64,000 nucleotides of DNA from a virus: IMG/VR virus record IMGVR_UViG_3300020442_000009, positions 32,001-96,000 of that record; one strand, written 5' to 3'. The stretch's first letter is position 1. Every line of letters starts with the position of its first letter. The position numbers and the translations under genes were made by a program. Shown one piece after another: positions 39,180 through 46,597 of the stretch. Below the pieces are notes generated by a model. That model was not told the origin of the DNA. It worked only from the letters and a program-made list of their open reading frames with translations, and did not search any database.

Positions 39180-39916
39180 GGGTTAAAATTATTTATAAAT
39201 GCTTGTACGTTTTTGTTTTTATTTGTATCTGGGTGACCTGTAAAAATATTGCAATTTCTTTTTTTGCAAAGCAAAGAGAGAATACTTTGGTCTTCTCTAT
39301 GAGACCTGTGTTCTTTAAATTTTGAATAAATTTCTGTAGATCCTCCACATATATTTTGTTTGATGCAGCAATTATGTAACCACTCTTTAACAAAACTTAT
39401 ATTCTGTTCATTATTTTTTAGAAAAAACCAAGTTGCTTGAACTTGTTCGCTGTCAAAATACTTTTCGTGGTTGCAGTCCATTGTTACAAATAAATCTCTT
39501 TTTGTCCATAATCGCTCAGCTCCCCACCTAGTTTCATGAAAAAGATTGCCTTGTTTTTTTACATAATCAACCAATACAGAAATATTTGTCTTTGAAAAAT
39601 CATTATGATTACAATCATAATAAAAAATAATATCATCTGGGTCAGATTGTTGTAGTGCATCAAGAACTATAAAAGGTTTCCATAACCACATGCCTGCTCC
39701 TCTTGGCATTTTTAGAATTTCTTTATTCCTTCCATAAAAATTATTTTTTTTTAAAGATTCTTTATTGTAAGTTATTACTTCATCTATTCCGCAGTTATTT
39801 TTTGGGATATTGTTTTTTCTTCTTTCAGCGACATTTGCGAAATGAAGCTGTCTTGGTTGATTATCCAAGTCTTCCGGGTTCGGGTTGTCAAAGTATTGAA
39901 CTAATTTTACTTTCAT
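39176..39916 (-). CDS. putative glycosyltransferase (WxWKP family)
   Basis: RGAGMWLWKPFIV, FYYDC, WTKRD, HREDQSILSLL. Confidence 0.6.
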   Translation of the reverse strand: MKVKLVQYFDNPNPEDLDNQPRQLHFANVAERRKNNIPKNNCGIDEVITYNKESLKKNNFYGRNKEILKMPRGAGMWLWKPFIVLDALQQSDPDDIIFYYDCNHNDFSKTNISVLVDYVKKQGNLFHETRWGAERLWTKRDLFVTMDCNHEKYFDSEQVQATWFFLKNNEQNISFVKEWLHNCCIKQNICGGSTEIYSKFKEHRSHREDQSILSLLCKKRNCNIFTGHPDTNKNKNVQAFINNFNP

Positions 39917-40968
39917 AATAATTTTTTAAATTCTTCTAAATTAATTTTTATATTTTGATTCTTTCCTTTTTCTTTTCCTAGATTATCCCCCTCCCCTATA
40001 ATATAATAGTAATCAAGGTCTAATATGTTACACATATTCCAATATAATGCTAAGAAATAGCTTGGATTGAATAGTTCAATCAATTTAGTATTAGGTTGGC
40101 AAAAAACTAAATTAGTAAGACCAGCCCCATGAGCCGAAACTATTTCTTTAGATGAATTAAATAAAGTTGCCTGTTCGTAAACGGAATAATCTTCTAGATA
40201 TACTTTCTCATAACCTTCTTGAGATAGAGCCCTCCATAATTCGTCTTCGTTTTCTATACATCTACCTGTCTCTGATCTACGTGAAATAAAAATTTTCTTT
40301 TCTTGTTTTTCATTTTCTTTTAAAAAATTATCACATAAAAAATCTATACTCCAAGGTGTTAGATGTATGTGTCGATTTGGCTTGCATGGAATTATTAGGC
40401 TATCAAATGTGTATGTAGTATTTTTATCTGTTTCAATTATTTTATGTACAGGAATATCCAATATTGAAAGAGTTTGATCTACAAAATTACCTCTATTTTC
40501 TGGCAATATAATCTTATTGATTTCACTCCAATCTATTCCATACTCTTGTAGTAGTTTTATTCTTGGTAATACATGGCACATCCAATGGAAATAATTTGAG
40601 CCAGAATCTATCGAAAGTAATGCAGATTTTGAATCAACATGTTCGTTTTTTTCTGAAGAAAAATCTGGAAAGTCGTACTTTGTGGAAACATCTTCAAAGA
40701 TATAATCATTATGAGCTATAGAAACTGAACCTACTTGGTTAAAGCAATGCACTTTGACATCATTAGCTTTTGCCACATAATACGGTTTGAGATTTTGCTC
40801 TCTGATATTAGAAATGTAGTTAACTATATCTGGATGTATTTCTATGCTTGGAGTCTTTGGGACTTTTTTAAACAAAACATTGTTTTCATTTTCAAAAAAA
40901 TAATCTATAGACCAGTTTTTAGGTGAAAAACCTTTGATATATTTTTCTATAGACTGTATTTTTTTCAT
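39913..40968 (-). CDS. GT61 (DUF563) glycosyltransferase
   Basis: NYFHW, IFISRR...RCIENEDEL, IVSAHGAGLTNLVFC, LIELF. Confidence 0.9.
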   Translation of the reverse strand: MKKIQSIEKYIKGFSPKNWSIDYFFENENNVLFKKVPKTPSIEIHPDIVNYISNIREQNLKPYYVAKANDVKVHCFNQVGSVSIAHNDYIFEDVSTKYDFPDFSSEKNEHVDSKSALLSIDSGSNYFHWMCHVLPRIKLLQEYGIDWSEINKIILPENRGNFVDQTLSILDIPVHKIIETDKNTTYTFDSLIIPCKPNRHIHLTPWSIDFLCDNFLKENEKQEKKIFISRRSETGRCIENEDELWRALSQEGYEKVYLEDYSVYEQATLFNSSKEIVSAHGAGLTNLVFCQPNTKLIELFNPSYFLALYWNMCNILDLDYYYIIGEGDNLGKEKGKNQNIKINLEEFKKLL

Positions 40969-42710
40969 GGCTGCTGAAGAGATTTTTCGTCAAGGCTTTT
41001 TAGAATTTTTTGAAGAAAACCTTTTGGTGCTTCACTTTTTTCTAAATAAAGTTTTGATTCTATTGGATCTTTTCCATAAACACCTTCTAGTCTATGTGGG
41101 TGATCCCATAATACAGAGTCTTCGAGAACATTAACTGCATGCCAAGGGCTTTCTTGGAAAACTTGGTATGGAGTAAAATGCTTTAACCTGCTTAAAACAT
41201 CATGGTTTACGATATCATCTTCACATTTATAACCAGTTCTTTCTGTACCATAAATTGAATACCAAAAAGGCACTCTAGCAAAAAATCTTTCCCTAAGTTT
41301 TCCAGAACAAATATCTATTTTTTTATTTTTAAATTTTAATTCTTTCTTTATGTAATGTTTAAGGCATAGCTCTGGATTCCAAACATGAGATTTTCTATAA
41401 TTATTCCATGTTAAAAGTTTTTTATTATTATGGGTTTCGTTGTACCATTTTTTTGTAAAGTAATTGTAAATATTCATTCTTTCTAGCATATGATCAGAAT
41501 TTCCCATACAAAATCTATCATATAGACCTTGTAGGTGATTGTCGTGTGCTGGAAAGTAGATAAACTTATTGTCTAAATTTAGAATGTTGTCAAGTGAATT
41601 AAAAAAATGTAAATCAGGTCTACTCCAAATAACCCAATCATAGCGTACTCCATTTTTCTTTTCTAGCTTTTCTACCATCTGGGAGCAGCTTTTCATGGAT
41701 AACCACTGATATAAATTACCTATTGCTCCATGTCTTTGTATTGACATGTTGACCGTCATTTCTTTATACTCTTCTTCTATCTCTGGATCTTTTTCAAACT
41801 TAGTATAAAAATTATCACAAAAAGGCTCAATAGTCTTTAAGGTATTTACATTGGATCTGGTTTTTGATTGAGTAGGAAAATGACCTATGAAGTCTGGCTT
41901 GCATGGTAGAGTTTTTAATACTCTGCTTATTATTGAGTAGCTAGCAACATCAAAATCTCTTAATAACGAAGAAGTACAAAAAGCTATTTTAGGTATAGAA
42001 TTTTTATTTTTTGGTAATTTTAGATTAGAAATTGTAGTTCTTTTCCAAGGAGAATTTCTTTGAACAACAATAGATTTTACATACTCTAGCTGCTCAAGTT
42101 TATTATTTAAACCTTCCGTCCAGTTTGAGTGGTGAATCATAATTTCTTCTGGTACGAATATCTCGTTTAACTCTTCGTAGTTTGCTCCGGGATTCCAGAT
42201 TCTATCATGTGATAACTTTAAGACACTTAGGTGGTTTTCATACCACTTTTCAGATAACAATTTTTGCATCTGATATTGCTCGCCACCTCCCGGTTCGTGC
42301 ATTATTTTTTTAAGACGCTTTGATACTATGTCAAAAAAGTTATGTGTCTTTAAAGAACACCTGCAAACGAAAAAACCAGAACAAATTGGTCCTCCTTTTT
42401 TGTTTTGTTGAAAAGCTATATCATGGTCTCCCAGAGCTGATGAAAGGAATTTTTTACAGTTGCGTAAAAATTGTATATCTACATCTGCACAAACAATAAT
42501 GTCTCCCATGTTATCTTCTACAGCTTTTTTCCAATGTAAAACTTTATTGTATTGAGTTTCTCTCCAGCCATCTTTTGCATACTCAGAAGACTTGGATATT
42601 TGTTCGGGGTATTCATATGGAATCACCTCAAATTCTTGCGAAGCCGTGGGCTTAAACCAGTTTTTGTAAAAAACTGCATGAGAAGGGGTGTAGAAACAAT
42701 ATAATTTCAC
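40965..42710 (-). CDS. two-domain glycosyltransferase (GT77-like nucleotide-diphospho-sugar transferase plus second GT-like domain)
   Basis: ADVDIQF, CSGFF, HHSNW...K; second domain YDWVIWSRPD...DRFCMG. Confidence 0.7.
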   Translation of the reverse strand: MKLYCFYTPSHAVFYKNWFKPTASQEFEVIPYEYPEQISKSSEYAKDGWRETQYNKVLHWKKAVEDNMGDIIVCADVDIQFLRNCKKFLSSALGDHDIAFQQNKKGGPICSGFFVCRCSLKTHNFFDIVSKRLKKIMHEPGGGEQYQMQKLLSEKWYENHLSVLKLSHDRIWNPGANYEELNEIFVPEEIMIHHSNWTEGLNNKLEQLEYVKSIVVQRNSPWKRTTISNLKLPKNKNSIPKIAFCTSSLLRDFDVASYSIISRVLKTLPCKPDFIGHFPTQSKTRSNVNTLKTIEPFCDNFYTKFEKDPEIEEEYKEMTVNMSIQRHGAIGNLYQWLSMKSCSQMVEKLEKKNGVRYDWVIWSRPDLHFFNSLDNILNLDNKFIYFPAHDNHLQGLYDRFCMGNSDHMLERMNIYNYFTKKWYNETHNNKKLLTWNNYRKSHVWNPELCLKHYIKKELKFKNKKIDICSGKLRERFFARVPFWYSIYGTERTGYKCEDDIVNHDVLSRLKHFTPYQVFQESPWHAVNVLEDSVLWDHPHRLEGVYGKDPIESKLYLEKSEAPKGFLQKILKSLDEKSLQQP

Positions 42711-42766
42711 TATATAATACTATAATAAAGAGACTTATTTTCCAGATAAGTGTAATAATATTTGAT

Positions 42767-43150
42767 ATGGCGTCTATAATTTATCCAGCAGCACATTTTT
42801 TAGTAAAAAACATTTATGCAGCAGTTGCTTTTTCTGTATCTAGACAGCTGTTTAAAGTGCTACACAGTTTGTTTAAAGCTGGTGCTGGATTATTAAAGAT
42901 AGGCAAGGTTTATGTTTTAGGAACTCCTTCTTCGGAGTGTATATATTGATATGGAAAACAAGGTTAAAGGGTTATGGTTATTGCTATTGAAAGTTACGTA
43001 TCTCATAACTTAAGTATATTAATAAGATCCTGTATTATAGCCAATTCTATTGTTCGGGGCATATTCAGGTTGTGTTTTACAGCTAAAGGTCCCTTTACTA
43101 TAAGAGGAAGCACTCAAGCTTTGGAAAAAAACTATCCCTCTATATATTAG
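42767..43150 (+). other. interrupted reading frame or two tandem small ORFs (42767-42949, 42974-43150)
   Basis: One frame from ATG 42767 to TAG 43150 with in-frame TGA 42947 and TAA 42965; GTGTA motifs at 42750 and 42937. Confidence 0.35.
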
Positions 43151-44145
43151 AACCCTTTTTCAAAGTTTTTTTGTCTAGCTTTAATTTCTTGTTTTTTTAA
43201 GGATTTGTCAATAAATTTGTTTAGTCTTCCAAGCCAATGAGTTTCGTCTTCATTAATTTCATTGAAATAATTTTTAATTAATTTTTCTAAATTTTTATTT
43301 TTTATATTAATAAGTTTGTTTTCATAATATATATCTAATTTTGGATTGTATTCTTCGTCTTTTAGTATTTGATATCTAGATATGTATTTTTTATTTTTTG
43401 TTTGTCCGTGGGCTAAAGATTTAATTTGGCTATATAGGCATGAAACTTTTGATTGTATAACACTAGACCACTTTTCGGCCCAATCAAAATAATCCATTAG
43501 GTAACTATTAAGTTCTAGTTTTCCCAGTGGATGTTGTGTCATTAATTCAAAGAGGCTTTTATTGTTGCTTAAGGATGCTAGCCAAATAAGGCTATCTGCG
43601 CCACCTATTATTGATTTGTCGTAAAGTTGGCATTGTTTTAAGCATGATGCTGTAGATGCCCAAGCATAGCCTGTATGGTAAAATCTGTTAATTGGTAGAA
43701 TATTCCCAGAATCTTGCCAGTATCTGGCGCAACCGGGATGAAAGGTTTCATGGCCGTCAATATGTTGCTTAATTGATCTAGAAAAGAGCTGGCATAGATT
43801 GTAGTTTTGGAGTTGATATAATGCTTCCTCAACCCAAAAGCTATCTTGAAAAATTATATCTGCATCAAGCCATGCTATGTATTCATAACCTTCTTCTATT
43901 AATTGATTGATGCCTAGGTTTAATAAATTTTCTTTATGCCAAAGTTTTGCATTGGAATGATACTTTATTGAATTAACTTCTTTTGGTAAAGTATAAATAG
44001 AATCATCAGAAACTAATTCTATTGTTAGAACTTTATCTATATATGAAGATACATGGCTATAATAATTTATAAAATTATCTAATTTAGTTTTGTAGTTGCC
44101 ATGATTAAAATAACAGCAAACTACAGCTAGATCTTTATTCTTCAA
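43147..44145 (-). CDS. putative GT-A glycosyltransferase
   Basis: LWHKENLLNLG, YIAWLDADIIF, GYAWA, IIGGAD, HG. Confidence 0.7.
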   Translation of the reverse strand: MKNKDLAVVCCYFNHGNYKTKLDNFINYYSHVSSYIDKVLTIELVSDDSIYTLPKEVNSIKYHSNAKLWHKENLLNLGINQLIEEGYEYIAWLDADIIFQDSFWVEEALYQLQNYNLCQLFSRSIKQHIDGHETFHPGCARYWQDSGNILPINRFYHTGYAWASTASCLKQCQLYDKSIIGGADSLIWLASLSNNKSLFELMTQHPLGKLELNSYLMDYFDWAEKWSSVIQSKVSCLYSQIKSLAHGQTKNKKYISRYQILKDEEYNPKLDIYYENKLINIKNKNLEKLIKNYFNEINEDETHWLGRLNKFIDKSLKKQEIKARQKNFEKGF

Positions 44146-44147
44146 AA

Positions 44148-44390
44148 CTACTTATTGTTAAATTTATTATACCAATAAGTTCCGTTTTTTCTAAGAGAAT
44201 CGTTAGAATCTCTTATGTATTCTAATATTTCATTTGCTAATGATATTTTTTTGTGAATAAACTCTTCAGTAGTTTCGTCTTTAACTTCTTCAAGAATTGA
44301 CTGTAGAAAATCTATATACGGGCAAGTTATGTTTGGTATTTCAGGAGCATTGTCCTTGATTTTTTGCCAGTTGTTAGGTCTTCTTGACAT
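44148..44390 (-). CDS. hypothetical protein
   Basis: 80 aa; PNITCPYID...LEYIRDSNDSLR. Confidence 0.7.
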   Translation of the reverse strand: MSRRPNNWQKIKDNAPEIPNITCPYIDFLQSILEEVKDETTEEFIHKKISLANEILEYIRDSNDSLRKNGTYWYNKFNNK

Positions 44391-44391
44391 T

Positions 44392-44631
44392 TTATTTTCT
44401 GCTTTGTACTAAGTCGTATAGTTTTATAACATCTTGACGTCTGTCTTCCAACCCTTTTTCAATTTGATGCCATCTTTGGGAATCAATAGCTTCATTTTGT
44501 GCAAGTTTAATATTAATTTTATTAATTAAGTCTTCCATTTCTTCTAATCGTTTATTTTCTCTTTTTAAAAAATAACCAATGATTGAGATACATGCCCCAA
44601 TCCCGATAAATAAATATTCATTAATCTCCAT
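44392..44631 (-). CDS. small membrane-anchored coiled-coil protein
   Basis: N-terminal TM then heptad region; GTGTA motif 9 nt upstream. Confidence 0.7.
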   Translation of the reverse strand: MEINEYLFIGIGACISIIGYFLKRENKRLEEMEDLINKINIKLAQNEAIDSQRWHQIEKGLEDRRQDVIKLYDLVQSRK

Positions 44632-44645
44632 ACTTATATATACAC

Positions 44646-44686
44646 AAAAAAGGGAGAGAGCCCGATCAAATGAAGGCTCTCTCCCT
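44646..44686 (-). terminator. intrinsic terminator after hsp20
   Basis: 12-bp perfect stem AGGGAGAGAGCC/GGCTCTCTCCCT followed by a T-run on the minus strand. Confidence 0.85.
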
Positions 44687-44708
44687 GTGGGTGGGCGGGT
44701 TCGAAATA

Positions 44709-45167
44709 TTACAAAATTTTAATTTTTTGTGGTTTTTCTGGCTCTAGTTTATTAATTTTTACATTTAATAACCCATTCTCAAATTCAGCTTTAATTCCTT
44801 TTAAATCAAGTTTACCATTTAATTTAAAAGACCTTTTGAAAGAAGATCTCTTAAGTTCTCTTCTGATATACTTAATTTCATTTGTGTCAATATTTTGCCT
44901 GTTACCTATAATAGAAAGGACGTCTCCGTCCAAATCAACAGAAACATCATCTTTAGATAGGCCCGGTATTTCTGCCTCAATAGTAATGCAATCAGGGTTA
45001 TCTAGAACATCAACTTTCGGGTAACTATTGTTACCAAAAAATTGAACACCAAATTCCTGACCAAATTCAGGGAATGCCTTTTGAATTACATTATCAAAGA
45101 AAGAATCAAAAGGTGTTAAAAATTCTTCTCTGCTTACTGGTACTGTTTTTAGACTTAACTGTGTCAT
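44709..45167 (-). CDS. small heat shock protein (Hsp20/alpha-crystallin)
   Basis: YPKVDV, EAEIPG, LSIIG, SFKRSF, AEFENGLL; SD AAGGAG. Confidence 0.92.
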   Translation of the reverse strand: MTQLSLKTVPVSREEFLTPFDSFFDNVIQKAFPEFGQEFGVQFFGNNSYPKVDVLDNPDCITIEAEIPGLSKDDVSVDLDGDVLSIIGNRQNIDTNEIKYIRRELKRSSFKRSFKLNGKLDLKGIKAEFENGLLNVKINKLEPEKPQKIKIL

Positions 45168-45245
45168 GTTTACTCCTTGGTTAGATGTTAATGAGACCTT
45201 TCGGCTCTCAGAAGACCTCTTTTGAGTATCTTCACCTATATTATA
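45168..45245 (-). promoter_or_regulatory. structured hsp20 5' UTR (two hairpins, TATAAT, strong SD)
   Basis: Hairpins 45211-45233 and 45192-45210 (GAAA loop on the minus strand); -10 at 45240-45245; AAGGAG at 45173-45178. Confidence 0.6.
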
Positions 45246-45272
45246 GAATAAACTGCGCCAGATTCTAGAAAA

Positions 45273-46169
45273 TTATTCTTTAGAGTCTTTTTTGTCTTCC
45301 TTATCTTTTCCGCCATCTTTCCCTTCTTTATTCATTTTTTGCAAGATAGCTTTTTGGATAGGAGCTGGAAGCTTTTTTTGAGCTGGGGTTAGTCCCGCAC
45401 CAGAGTATTTCATCATGGCAGCCATTTTTTTGTACTGCATGGCACAAGTTTTGGCTGTCATTTTGGTATCCATACCTTTGGTGTTAACTAATGCTTTGTC
45501 GTCCATGGCACAAACTGCCATAAACTTTTTATATACAGCATCGTTTTTCATATAAGCTTCACTAGTTTCTGCTTTACTCATTTCTTTTTCTTCTTTCATA
45601 GATTTAGATTCCTTTTTCTTTTTTGGGCCTTGAGCTTTTTTCCAAGATTTTGGATCTGGCCTGTCTTTGTCGCCCGGTTTTGCAGGTTTATAGTTTTTAC
45701 CTTCTCTTTTTTTCTTTTCTCTGATGTTATGCCAAAGACCTTTTCTTTCAGCTTCAGACAGTTCTTGTCTTTCTCCTTCGGATTCGTCTAAGTACCAAAG
45801 CAACTCTTCTTCTCCTTCATCTCCAGACCCTTGGACTTTTGTACTTGAACGCCACTGTTTGCATGACCAATAACGAGCTTTTGTTTTTGGTCCGGGATTA
45901 GCACAGTTATGCCTAGCCCTAAAACTTTTTCTTCTTGCAGGATCGTCGCGTTTAATCTCCATATTGGGGTCTCCAAAATTAACTTTTACAACATTTCCCT
46001 TTTCATTTTTTACATAAACGGAAAACTTTTTAGGACCTTTGGAGGTTCTAAATGGCTTGTTAAGTTTTTTACCTGTCTTCTTTTCTTCAGCCCAAGCTTC
46101 GTGAGAAACATCTTCTTCAGATCCAAAAGACTCGTTGATTTGATTAGTGAGATCGATATTTACTTCCAT
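45273..46169 (-). CDS. basic mosaic phage protein (DUF6321-like module)
   Basis: KLNKPFRT...KVNFGDPNM...RRKSFRARHNC...YWSC; GLWHNI and LTPAQKKLP modules. Confidence 0.7.
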   Translation of the reverse strand: MEVNIDLTNQINESFGSEEDVSHEAWAEEKKTGKKLNKPFRTSKGPKKFSVYVKNEKGNVVKVNFGDPNMEIKRDDPARRKSFRARHNCANPGPKTKARYWSCKQWRSSTKVQGSGDEGEEELLWYLDESEGERQELSEAERKGLWHNIREKKKREGKNYKPAKPGDKDRPDPKSWKKAQGPKKKKESKSMKEEKEMSKAETSEAYMKNDAVYKKFMAVCAMDDKALVNTKGMDTKMTAKTCAMQYKKMAAMMKYSGAGLTPAQKKLPAPIQKAILQKMNKEGKDGGKDKEDKKDSKE

Positions 46170-46180
46170 AACATATTATG

Positions 46181-46597
46181 TTACACATTTTTTGTATAAA
46201 TTTCTACGCATTCTATTATTTTTTGATCTATTTTTTCTGTAAAAGTGTTTAAGGAATTTATTAAGTACCATCCAGACTCAGTATGTTCTTCATTTAACTT
46301 TGGTAAAAGAAGTTCGTCTACCTCTAAAATATGAAAATGAAACCTATTTCCATTTTCTACAAAAGATTTAATAAAAACAAGGTCTTCTGGGTTACATTTT
46401 ATCTGAGCTTCTTCTTCTAGCTCCCTAGAGGCACATACTTTGGGTGTCTCTCCATCTTCTATGCGTCCACCAAAAATTGACCAATAACCTCCATAAGGTA
46501 TGGGTTTTCCCTCCCACTCTTCAGCTCTTTTTGCTAGCAGTATATTGCCATTGAAAATAATTGCTACACCAGAAGACTCTCTATTGACAAGACTCAC
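46181..46597 (-). CDS. NUDIX hydrolase
   Basis: GGRIEDGETPKVCASRELEEEA Nudix box. Confidence 0.9.
   Translation of the reverse strand: MSLVNRESSGVAIIFNGNILLAKRAEEWEGKPIPYGGYWSIFGGRIEDGETPKVCASRELEEEAQIKCNPEDLVFIKSFVENGNRFHFHILEVDELLLPKLNEEHTESGWYLINSLNTFTEKIDQKIIECVEIYTKNV

Noticed and set aside
44687-44706. tRNA-like fragment GTGGGCGGGTTCGAA
   Set aside because: Only a T-loop-like string; no closing stem, cloverleaf or CCA
45245-45261. Sigma-54 promoter before hsp20 (TGGCGC-N5-ATTC)
   Set aside because: The -12 GC is missing (TC) and a TATAAT box lies right beside it; too weak to call
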